From Planctomycetota bacterium (GTDB taxonomy: Bacteria; Planctomycetota; B15-G4): a stretch of DNA of 64,000 nt. The translations under genes were made by a program, and so were the position numbers. Shown one piece after another: positions 40,608 to 48,718 of the stretch (its first letter is position 1; each line of letters starts with the position of its first letter). The DNA lies in the NCBI GenBank assembly GCA_029259715.1, contig JAJDEP010000003.1, forward strand, positions 701,174-765,173. Direction: 5' to 3'. The notes beneath the pieces were generated by a model. It had not been told where the DNA came from and ran no database searches. It was given only the letters and a program-made list of their open reading frames with translations.

Positions 40608-41138
40608 ATGGCCGCCAAAGACGACCCCAGCACCGCCAGCCTCGAGAAGGTCCGCGACATCCTGTTCGGGGAACAGGCCCGCACCGCCGACAAGCGCTTC
40701 GCCCGCATCGAACAGCGCCTGGTCAAGGAGCTCACCGACCTCCGCAAGGACGTGATCAAGCGCCTCGAATCGCTCGAGGCCTTCACGAGCAAGGAGCTCG
40801 AGTCCCTCGCGACGCAGATCGGCGAGCACCGGGCCGACACCGACGAGATGGAGAAGGAGATCGACAAGGAGCTGGCCGCCCTCGACAAGGCGCTCGAGAG
40901 CAAGACGTCGCAGCTCACGGCCCAGCACAACAAGTCGGCCAGCGAACTGCGCAACCAGATCCTGACCCAGAGCAAGTCTCTGCGCGACGAGATCACCACC
41001 CGGGCCGACGACCTCGCCGAGGAGCTCGACACGAGCGTCGCCGACCTCCAGGACGTGAAGGTCGACCGCGCTGCCCTCTCCTCCCTCTTCGCCGACCTGG
41101 CCGTGAAACTGGCCGGCAAGAAGGGCGCCAAGAAGTAA
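40608..41138 (+). CDS. hypothetical coiled-coil protein (176 aa)
   Basis: ATG in frame with ORF 39294..41138, whose upstream part is antisense junk. Charged heptad-like sequence (LEKVRDILFGEQARTADKRFARIEQRLVKELTDLRKDVIKRLESLE...) with a Lys-rich tail. Strong GC3 bias. Confidence 0.58.
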   Translation: MAAKDDPSTASLEKVRDILFGEQARTADKRFARIEQRLVKELTDLRKDVIKRLESLEAFTSKELESLATQIGEHRADTDEMEKEIDKELAALDKALESKTSQLTAQHNKSASELRNQILTQSKSLRDEITTRADDLAEELDTSVADLQDVKVDRAALSSLFADLAVKLAGKKGAKK

Positions 41139-41165
41139 GGCGGCGCGCCTCGCGGCGCGGGCCCG

Positions 41166-43127
41166 ATGGCCGACTCCGAAACGCCACGCGACGACGCGAC
41201 ACCGGCCGAGCCCGAAGCGGGGCGCGGTGATGAGGCTCGGAGCAGCGAGGACCGCCGCGACCTCCAGGAGGTCCGGCGTCTGCTCGTGGGCGACGAGATC
41301 AAGCGCCTCGGCCAACTCGAGCAAGAGGTCGAGGACCTGGTTCCCCGCGCCGTCGACGTCGGCCGCATCCTGCCCGACGCCATCGACGCGGCCAACGCAG
41401 AGGACACCGCGCGCCTCGGCGAGTCCCTGACCCCCGCCGTCGAGGGCGCCCTCCACCGCTCGGTGCGCAAGAACCCGCGCGCCCTCGCCGACGTGCTCTT
41501 CCCCGTGCTCGGCCCGGCCATTCGCAAGGCCATCCAGACCTCGCTGGCCGGGATGATCGAGTCGTTCAACCGCACGCTCGAGAACAGCGTCTCGCCGTCG
41601 AGCCTCAAGTGGCGCCTGGAGGCGCGGCGCACCGGGCGCCCCTTCGCCGAGGTGGTGCTGCTGCACACGCTCGTCTATCGCGTCGAGCAGGTCTTCCTGA
41701 TCCACGCCGAGTCGGGGCTCGCGCTGGCCCACGCCCAGTCGCCGACGATCACCGCCGAGGACCCCGACCTCGTCTCGGCCATGCTCAAGGCCCTCGAGGA
41801 CTTCGCCTCCGATTCGTTCGGCGAGGGCGAGCGCGACCCGATCCAGCAGGTGGCCTTCGGCGACAAGGTCCTGCACGTAGCCGCGGGTCCCAAGGTCCTC
41901 GTGGCGGCCGTCGTGCGGGGCAACCCGCCGCCCGACTACAGCGTGCGCATGGCCGAGGCCGTCGAACGCGTGCACACCGACTTCGGCGACGAGCTGGAGG
42001 AGTTCAGCGGCGAGACGGCGCCCTTCGACCGGGCCGACGACGTGCTGGCGGCGCTGCTCGACGAGAAGATCGCGCGGCCCAAGAGCGCCAAACTGATCAT
42101 GGTCGTTTGGGTCGTGATCACGCTCATCGCCCTGGGCCTGCTCGCCTGGGGCGTCACGGCGTTCATCACCTGGCGCATGGACGAACGCGATCGGCGCAAC
42201 GCCCAGGAGCAGCAGGTCAAGGACCTGGGTGAGAACTTCGGCGTGCTCTCGAACCTGAGCCAGTCGATGGAGCAGGCCATCGCCGAGTTGGCGGCCAGCC
42301 AGGACGTGCGCGACCAGGCCCTCGCCGCCAAGGCCGAGCGCCGCCGCCGGCTCATCGCGGCGATGCACACGGCGCCCGGCCTGATGGTGATGGAGATCGG
42401 CGACGACGGCGACCGCCTGCTGCTCACCGGCCTGCGCGACCCCGACGGCGCCGACCCCGACCAGGTCATGCGGGATGCGGGGGTCGACCCCGCGGTGGTC
42501 GAGGCCCTGTGGCAGCCGTTCATGTCGTTCGAGCCCTCCATCGTGCTCACGCGCAGCGGGCGCGTGCTCGACCCGCCCGACGGGCTCGACCTCGCCATGC
42601 GCGGCGACGTGCTGGTGGCCTCCGGCACCGCCGATCATGCTTGGATCATTCGCGCGCGTCTGCTCGCCCCCACCATCGCCGGCGTCTCGGCCTACGAGGA
42701 CGACGGCGTGACCGACCTCGACGTCGCCGCCTTGCAGGCCGTCGCCGCACGCATGGCCGCCATGCACGTGTCGTTCCCGCCGGGTTCGCCCGAGCCCGCC
42801 ATCGACGACGACGTGCGCATGGCCCTCAGCGCCGTCATCGACGAGCTGGAGGCCACCGCCGGCCGCGCCGACCGCCTCGTACGCGTCGAGCTGCGCGGCC
42901 ACATCGAATCGCAGGAGATCGGCCACGGCGTGCTCGACCTCAAGCAGCGCCGCTGCGAGGCGGTCAAGCACGAGCTGGAACTGCTGCATGAAGGCGTGCG
43001 ACTCTTCTTCGTGGTCGTCGAGCAGCAGGACGACGTGGCCGGTGCCACGCCGCCGGCCGGACTCGATCACTTGCGCTTCGTGGACTTCGCCGTGATCGAC
43101 ACCGGCGCCGGGGGGGACGACGGATGA
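41166..43127 (+). CDS. hypothetical membrane protein (653 aa) with central TM helix and possible OmpA/MotB-like C-terminus
   Basis: Long GC3-biased ORF 27 bp after the coiled-coil gene. Central TM (LIMVVWVVITLIALGLLAWGVTAFITW). C-terminal LDLKQRRCEAVKHEL resembles the OmpA-like LSxxRAxAV motif (weak). Stop overlaps the GTPase start (ATGA). Confidence 0.62.
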   Translation: MADSETPRDDATPAEPEAGRGDEARSSEDRRDLQEVRRLLVGDEIKRLGQLEQEVEDLVPRAVDVGRILPDAIDAANAEDTARLGESLTPAVEGALHRSVRKNPRALADVLFPVLGPAIRKAIQTSLAGMIESFNRTLENSVSPSSLKWRLEARRTGRPFAEVVLLHTLVYRVEQVFLIHAESGLALAHAQSPTITAEDPDLVSAMLKALEDFASDSFGEGERDPIQQVAFGDKVLHVAAGPKVLVAAVVRGNPPPDYSVRMAEAVERVHTDFGDELEEFSGETAPFDRADDVLAALLDEKIARPKSAKLIMVVWVVITLIALGLLAWGVTAFITWRMDERDRRNAQEQQVKDLGENFGVLSNLSQSMEQAIAELAASQDVRDQALAAKAERRRRLIAAMHTAPGLMVMEIGDDGDRLLLTGLRDPDGADPDQVMRDAGVDPAVVEALWQPFMSFEPSIVLTRSGRVLDPPDGLDLAMRGDVLVASGTADHAWIIRARLLAPTIAGVSAYEDDGVTDLDVAALQAVAARMAAMHVSFPPGSPEPAIDDDVRMALSAVIDELEATAGRADRLVRVELRGHIESQEIGHGVLDLKQRRCEAVKHELELLHEGVRLFFVVVEQQDDVAGATPPAGLDHLRFVDFAVIDTGAGGDDG

Positions 43128-43624
43128 CTGCTCGCTACAAGGTCTGCATGCTCGGCGCTTTCGCCGTGGGCAAGACCAGCCTGGTGCGCCGCTACGTGCA
43201 CAGCATCTTCAGCGACAAGTACCTCACCACGGTGGGCGTGAAGGTCGAGAAGCGCGACGTCACCGTCGGCGGAGACACTGCCTCGCTGGTGCTGTGGGAC
43301 ATCCAGGGCGAGGACGACCTCGTGTCGATCCGCGAGAGCTACATCCGCGGCGCGCATGGCGTGCTGCTGGTGGCCGACGGAACGCGCAAGGAGACCCTCG
43401 ACAAGGCCCTCGAGCTGCACGAGCGCACGCGCAAGCTGGTGGGGCCCGTGCCCGCCGTGATCCTGCTCAACAAGTCCGACCTCACCGCCGAGTGGGAACT
43501 CGACGACGACCACATCGCCTCCCTCGAGTCCGAAGGCCGGGCGATCCTGCGCACGTCCGCGCAGACCGGGGCGGGTGTCGGCGAGGCCTTCGACGCCATC
43601 GCCCGGGGCATGCACGAGGCGTGA
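43124..43624 (+). CDS. Ras-like small GTPase
   Basis: All five G motifs present: G1 GAFAVGKTS, G2 Thr in YLTTVGV, G3 WDIQGE (DxxG), G4 LNKSD (NKxD), G5 TSAQ. 166 aa. 4-bp overlap with the upstream gene. Confidence 0.85.
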   Translation: MTARYKVCMLGAFAVGKTSLVRRYVHSIFSDKYLTTVGVKVEKRDVTVGGDTASLVLWDIQGEDDLVSIRESYIRGAHGVLLVADGTRKETLDKALELHERTRKLVGPVPAVILLNKSDLTAEWELDDDHIASLESEGRAILRTSAQTGAGVGEAFDAIARGMHEA

Positions 43625-43658
43625 CCACGTCGAGCACCGTGCCGCGGAGGACTTGCAG

Positions 43659-45179
43659 ATGAGCGCCGGCGACACGCTCCCCACGATCTTCTCCGACCGC
43701 CTCGCGCGTCAGGCCGCCGCCGAACTGCACGCGGCCTGGATGCTCGTGGGCAAGGACGGGCGCATCGTCAACGCCGGCGGCGACCTCGAGCACCACGAGA
43801 TCGAGGACGCCCGCCCGGGCGATGACGCCGCCGACGCCCTGCCCCTCGTGGTGGGCCTCGACTTCGGCGCCACCGGCGGCGAGCTGCCCTCGATGAAGCG
43901 CGGCGGCGGTGGCTTCTCCGACGTGAAGGTGTTCCCCGTCACGGACGGCGCGTGGCTGCTGCTGCTCGACAGCAGCGAACGCAGCAAGCAGCTGCGCGGC
44001 ATGCAGCAGCGGGCCCACGACCTCGAGCTCGAGATGCGCCGACGCGGCCGCGACGCGCAGGAGGCCACCGCCGCCCCCACCCTGACCCAGGTGGTGGCCG
44101 ACCTCGGCGCCGCGGTCTACTCGCTGCAACCCGACGGCCGCTTCGAGACCGTGGGCCAGGCGCCCGTCTGGCTCGACGACCTGCGGCGTCGGGCGCCCGC
44201 ACTCGGCGTGACCCCCGACGCCGCTGAGCTCACCCCTTTTCTCGAGGGCTTCCTCGACGAGGCCCGCGAGTTCTGGGCCGACGGCGGCGGCGCGGACCGG
44301 CTGCGCTCGGGCCCCTGGATCGAGACCCTGCCCGACGGCGTCGAGGCGCCCTTCGAGGCCACCGCCCTGCGGCTCGACGACGGCAGCGCCCGCCTGGTCG
44401 TGCAGCTGCTCGGCGCGAGCTTCGAGCAGAACCGCGACCTGCTCCAGGCCGCCCGCAGTACGCGCCTGCAGTTCGATGCGCTGCTCAAGGAGATCGACAA
44501 GAAGGAGCTGCTGCTCTACGCCATCGTGCACGACCTCAACGGTCCGCTCTCGTCCATCGTCGCCAGCCTGTCGCTGCTCAAGGACTCGCAACTCGATCGG
44601 GACCAGGCCAAGGACCTGATCGAACGGGGCGCGCGCCAGGCCAACAAGCAGCTCGACATGATCAAGCAGATCCTCGAGGTGTTCTCGTCGGACATTGCTT
44701 CCATGGAAGCGTTTGAATCCGAGGCCGACAAGGCCCCCGAGGCGGCGGCGTGTCTGCGCGCCGCCGTGGAGACCTACCGCCCCGCCCTGCAGGACCGCGG
44801 CCTCGTGCTGGACCTGTCCATCGAGACGGGCGGCACCGCCCCGGTGGTGGGGTCACCCGACCGACTCGAACGGGTGCTGGGGAATCTGCTCAGCAACGCA
44901 CTGCGCCACAGCCCCGCGGGCGGCACGGTGTCGGTGAGCCTGCACGACGAGGGCGAGACGCTGCGCTTCGTCGTCGAGGACGAAGGACCGGGCGTACCGC
45001 CAGCGCTGGTGGACGACCTCTTCGACCGCTTCATCCAGGGACGCCGCAGCAAGGGCCTGGCCGGGCTGGGCCTCGACTTCTGCCGCACCACGGTGAAGGC
45101 CTGGGGCGGCGAGGTGGGCTACGAGCCCCGCGAGCCGTCCGGCTCCCGCTTCTGGGTGCGGCTGCCCAAGGCCCGCTGA
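43659..45179 (+). CDS. cytoplasmic sensor histidine kinase (HisKA + HATPase_c)
   Basis: Internal ATG of ORF 43575..45179 (MSAGDTLPTIF), 35 bp after the GTPase stop. H-box LYAIVHDLNGPLSSI. N, G1, G2 boxes (LGNLLSNALRHSPAGG, EDEGPGVPPAL, GLAGLGLDFC). No TM helices in the N-terminal ~300 aa. Confidence 0.85.
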   Translation: MSAGDTLPTIFSDRLARQAAAELHAAWMLVGKDGRIVNAGGDLEHHEIEDARPGDDAADALPLVVGLDFGATGGELPSMKRGGGGFSDVKVFPVTDGAWLLLLDSSERSKQLRGMQQRAHDLELEMRRRGRDAQEATAAPTLTQVVADLGAAVYSLQPDGRFETVGQAPVWLDDLRRRAPALGVTPDAAELTPFLEGFLDEAREFWADGGGADRLRSGPWIETLPDGVEAPFEATALRLDDGSARLVVQLLGASFEQNRDLLQAARSTRLQFDALLKEIDKKELLLYAIVHDLNGPLSSIVASLSLLKDSQLDRDQAKDLIERGARQANKQLDMIKQILEVFSSDIASMEAFESEADKAPEAAACLRAAVETYRPALQDRGLVLDLSIETGGTAPVVGSPDRLERVLGNLLSNALRHSPAGGTVSVSLHDEGETLRFVVEDEGPGVPPALVDDLFDRFIQGRRSKGLAGLGLDFCRTTVKAWGGEVGYEPREPSGSRFWVRLPKAR

Positions 45180-45213
45180 CGGGCGACGCGGGAACCGACC
45201 CGGCGCAGGGGCG

Positions 45214-45281
45214 CTGCAGGCGCGGGGACTCTGCAGGCGCGGGGTTACCGCCGTCGCGGGGTTGCCGCCCTCGCGGGGACT
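45214..45281. repeat. four tandem 17-bp repeats (consensus CYGCMSBCGCGGGGNYW)
   Basis: Read directly: ctgcaggcgcggggact / ctgcaggcgcggggtta / ccgccgtcgcggggttg / ccgccctcgcggggact. Lies 35 bp after the histidine kinase stop. Confidence 0.8.
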
Positions 45282-45421
45282 CTCAAAGTGAGATCAGGGC
45301 CGCCGGCCCAGGCGTCGGGGAAGGAGGAAGGGGCAGAGGCCCCGTCGCTGCACTCCGGTTCCCGGGGGAGGAGTCCGGAGTGTTGAGCCCGCACGACCCT
45401 GATCTCGTCTTGGAGGAGACA

Positions 45422-45467
45422 GGGATGCGTCGGGACGGCGGGCAGGGGTTGCCGTCCCGGGCATCCC
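45422..45467. terminator. GC-rich stem-loop between convergent HK and mscL genes (possible bidirectional terminator)
   Basis: gggatgcgtcgggacggc / gggcaggggtt / gccgtcccgggcatccc. A ~17-bp stem with one bulge and an 11-nt loop. No U-tract on either strand. Confidence 0.35.
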
Positions 45468-45638
45468 GCACCTATTGAAGCGCCTCGGGACGAGATCTTG
45501 CATGACGGTCTCGTTACGAGCCGCGCCCGGAGATCGGGGCGCCCGCACCGCCGCGCCCGCCCTGCAGAGCTGCCACGCGGGACTGCGTCCACCCGCCGGC
45601 CGGAGACGACACGGCCGACGGGCGAACAGAGGCCGGCG

Positions 45639-46100
45639 TCAGGCGCTGGCCGGCACGTCCGAGGTGCAGAAACCGCAACGGGTCGCCGCGATCGGGATCG
45701 ACATGGCACACGCCGGGCAGTCCTTCGCCGTGGGCGCGGCCGGTGCCGCCTCTTCCTTCTTCTTCGCGCTGTTCATGCCCTTGATCAGCATGAAGATCGC
45801 GAAGGCGATGATCAGGAAGGAGATCACCGTGTTGAAGAAGGCGCCGTAGTTGACCGTGACCGCGCCGGCTTCCTTGGCGGCCGCCAGGCTCGCGTAGGGG
45901 GCCACCGCTTCCGCGCCGTCCTTGAGGACGACGAACAGGTCGGTGAAGTCGACGCCGCCGAGGGCGAGGCCGATGGGCGGCATGATCACGTCGGCGACCA
46001 TCGACTTGATGATGGTGCCGAACGCGGCGCCGATGATGATGCCGACCGCCATGTCGACGACGTTGCCCTTCATGGCGAACTCTTTGAATTCCTTCAGCAT
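45639..46100 (-). CDS. mscL: large-conductance mechanosensitive channel MscL with C-terminal Cys4 tail
   Basis: Start at internal [28 protein letters not shown]. Conserved MscL blocks ([32 protein letters not shown]). The C-terminus ends in [22 protein letters not shown] instead of the usual helical bundle. Confidence 0.9.
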   Translation of the reverse strand: MLKEFKEFAMKGNVVDMAVGIIIGAAFGTIIKSMVADVIMPPIGLALGGVDFTDLFVVLKDGAEAVAPYASLAAAKEAGAVTVNYGAFFNTVISFLIIAFAIFMLIKGMNSAKKKEEAAPAAPTAKDCPACAMSIPIAATRCGFCTSDVPASA

Positions 46101-46559
46101 GATTCGTTGTCCTCTGGAGCTTGGGTGAGAATGGGGATGGATGGGCCGCAGCCTGCCACTGCCACGGATTCGGTTTGGTCGATGTGCATAAAGCCCGAAG
46201 GCACAGAAGAACCCAATGCCTTCGTCGCTGGCAACCCTTGCAACCGTTTCGGCGGCAACGGGCACCGTCGAGCCGGATTCGACGAGGCCGGCATGCCCGT
46301 ACACATGCGCTCGGGCGGAGCGATCTCATCGGGCGGCGGAGCATAGGGGCGCCCTGTTTCCGGTGGGCATGACAGTCCCGTCAATGCTTCCGGCCCCGCC
46401 AATGCACCCGGCCCCGCCATCGGACTCGGCCCGGTCATGGCACCCGGCCCGGGGACGCAACACGCTCCCGAGAGCGGGGAGGTTACGATGCGCGCTGGTA
46501 CTACGATGCGCGCGGGTAGCGGAACGGCGGCCGGAGGGTCGCGGCTGGAGGACGAATCG

Positions 46560-47249
46560 ATGCGGGTGCTCATCGTGGATGACGACGCGGACTTCGCGGA
46601 GATCGTCCGTATCGGCCTCGAGCGTCACGAGATCGAGAGCGCCATCGCCCTCGAAGGCGCGGCCGCCCTCCAGGCCCTGACGGACGCTCCGGGCGGGCAC
46701 TTCGATGCGATCCTGCTCGACGTCGAGATGCCGGGCATGTCCGGCTGGGACCTGCTCTACGACCTGCGCAGCACGGGCCGGGAGATTCCCGTCATCTTCG
46801 TCACCGGCCTCGCGGCCACCGATGAGAAGGTGCGCGGCCTCGGGCTCGGCGCCGACGACTACGTGACCAAGCCCATCGAGATCGACGAGCTGCACGCGCG
46901 CATCATGGCCGTGCTCCGGCGCCGCGAGAACGTGGCCCCCCTCGAGTGGGGCACTCTGCGGCTCGACCTGATGCTGCGCCGGGTGCTGCGGGGCGCCGAC
47001 ACGGTCGAGCTGAGCCCCCGGGAATTCGACCTGCTGCTGTGTCTCGTCCGCGCCAAGGGCGAGATCATCTCCCGCGAGCACCTGCTCAGCGAGGTCTGGG
47101 GGCTGGACTTCGACCCCGGCACCAACGTCCTCGACGTGCACATCGGGCGACTGCGCAAGAAGCTCGATCGGACCGGCCCACCGCTGATCCACAACGAACG
47201 CGGCCAGGGCTATCGCATCGAAGCCCGCCAGGACAAGCCCTCGACCTGA
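46560..47249 (+). CDS. OmpR-family response regulator
   Basis: Internal ATG (MRVLIVDDDADF). Receiver Asp in ILLDVEMPGMSG. Winged-helix output (LSPREFDLLLCLVRAKGEIISREHLLSEVWG...GYRI). Confidence 0.9.
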   Translation: MRVLIVDDDADFAEIVRIGLERHEIESAIALEGAAALQALTDAPGGHFDAILLDVEMPGMSGWDLLYDLRSTGREIPVIFVTGLAATDEKVRGLGLGADDYVTKPIEIDELHARIMAVLRRRENVAPLEWGTLRLDLMLRRVLRGADTVELSPREFDLLLCLVRAKGEIISREHLLSEVWGLDFDPGTNVLDVHIGRLRKKLDRTGPPLIHNERGQGYRIEARQDKPST

Positions 47250-47263
47250 CAAGGAACTTCACC

Positions 47264-48142
47264 GTGCTGTTTTCGCTGATCACCCAGGACGCCCCGCAAG
47301 GCGCCATGGAGAATGCCGCCGACACCGTCTCCGCCTGGGTGGCGGCCGGCCAGCAGTTCGCCATCGACTACGCGCCCAGCCTCCTCGGCGCGATCCTGGT
47401 CTTCGTGTTCGGGCGCATCGTCGTGCGCATGCTCGCGAACATGCTCAAGAAGGTCATGCGCAAAGGCGACACCGACCCCATGGTCGCGAGCTTCCTCGCC
47501 AACCTGCTCTACGGCGTGGGCGTCACGGTGGTCATCATCTCGGCGCTCGGCATCCTCGGCGTCGAGACCACCTCCGCCGTGGCCGTTCTCGGCGCGGCCG
47601 GCCTGGCCATCGGCTTCGCCCTCCAGGGCTCGCTGGGCAACTTCGCCTCGGGCGTGATGATCCTGATCTTCAAGCCCTTCAAGATCGGCGACTTCGTCGA
47701 GGCCGGCGGGACCATGGGCGTGATCCAGGACATCGCCATCTTTGCCACCGTCATGAAGACCGGCGACAACAAGAAGGTGATCCTGCCCAACTCGTCCATC
47801 ACCGAGGGCACCATCACCAACTACTCGGCCCACGACACCCGCCGCATCGACCTGATCATGGGCATCAGCTACGACGACGACATGGGCAAGGCCAAGGCCC
47901 TCTTCGCCGATGTGCTGGCCAAGGACCAGGCCGTCCTCGCCGAGCCGGCCCCCACCATCGGCGTGGTCGAGCTGGCCGAGAGCAGCGTCAACTTCGTCGT
48001 GCGGCCCTGGGTCAAGACGGGCGACTACTGGCCCACCTACTACCGGCTGACGGAGGAGATCAAGCGGCGTTGCGACGCCGAAGGCATCTCGATCCCCTTC
48101 CCGCAGCGGGACGTACACCTGCACAACGCCCCGGCCGGCTAG
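47264..48142 (+). CDS. mscS: MscS-family small-conductance mechanosensitive channel
   Basis: GTG start 8 nt after AAGGA and 14 nt after the regulator stop. Conserved MscS TM3/beta-domain region (GAAGLAIGFALQGSLGNFASGVMILIFKPFKIGDFVEAGGTMGVIQDIAIFATVMKTGDNKKVILPNSSI). Confidence 0.85.
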   Translation: MLFSLITQDAPQGAMENAADTVSAWVAAGQQFAIDYAPSLLGAILVFVFGRIVVRMLANMLKKVMRKGDTDPMVASFLANLLYGVGVTVVIISALGILGVETTSAVAVLGAAGLAIGFALQGSLGNFASGVMILIFKPFKIGDFVEAGGTMGVIQDIAIFATVMKTGDNKKVILPNSSITEGTITNYSAHDTRRIDLIMGISYDDDMGKAKALFADVLAKDQAVLAEPAPTIGVVELAESSVNFVVRPWVKTGDYWPTYYRLTEEIKRRCDAEGISIPFPQRDVHLHNAPAG

Positions 48143-48207
48143 GCGGCCCCGGCGGCCCCGGCAGCCCGGCAGCCCGGCAGCCCGGATTCCCGGATTCCCG
48201 GATTCCC
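48143..48207. repeat. composite microsatellite: 2x GCGGCCCCG, 3x GCAGCCCG, 3x GATTCCCG
   Basis: Read directly, immediately after the mscS stop codon. Confidence 0.85.
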
Positions 48208-48718
48208 TTCGAGCCGCCACCGGCCGCGAATCGAGGTGGCCCACGGCCGCCCGAGGACGACCGTGGACCGGAGACTCCGTGTGCAGCGAAGTCCAGGAAT
48301 GCCTCGTCGTGAGGGCGACGTTGAGCCGCGGACTGTGCGTCGCTCGTCTCGGCTAAGCGGGGGCCAGTCTGGCTTGCGGGGCCGCGAGCGGACGTGACGG
48401 TTCCGATAGTGAAGAATCGCGCTGTGCCGATATGTGCGTCTTTATGCGTAGCCCCTTGAGTTGCCGCCTCGGATCACCGATTCACTCGCGCACAGCGCTC
48501 CGCAGAAGCATTGCGTCACTAACGGAGGCGTCAGTCGCCGCCCTTTAAAGCGACCCCTAGATTGCCCCTCGCATGGGGCACCGCTATGGTGTGGCGCCCA
48601 CGGGTGATGCAGGCGCGGTGCGCCGGAGCGAAGGGCCTTCGGGATCCATCTCTCCACTTCTCCGCGAGGGCGTCGCCGCCCCTTACTCAACCGCAGTTAA
48701 CGTCCAGGAATCCATCAA

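Noticed and set aside
40320-43070. 916-aa minus-strand ORF antisense to the coiled-coil, membrane and GTPase genes
   Set aside because: Arg/Gly/Ala/Val-rich low-complexity translation typical of an antisense frame in 70% GC DNA. The plus-strand genes have clear motifs (Ras G1-G5) and ATGA coupling.
45214-45281. CRISPR array or other spacer-containing repeat locus at the 17-bp tandem repeats (and at 48143..48207)
   Set aside because: Units are 8-17 bp and directly abutting with no spacers. No cas genes are in the window.
45373-45474. 33-codon GTG ORF after a GGAGGAG motif, overlapping the hairpin
   Set aside because: Its sequence is dictated by the GC hairpin and it is too short and unconserved-looking to call. 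More likely an RNA structure.
48297-48410. 37-codon ATG ORF starting at the first GTCCAGGAATG copy in the DUF11 leader
   Set aside because: Arg/Gly-rich and short. It is noted only as part of the decamer duplication, not called as a gene.
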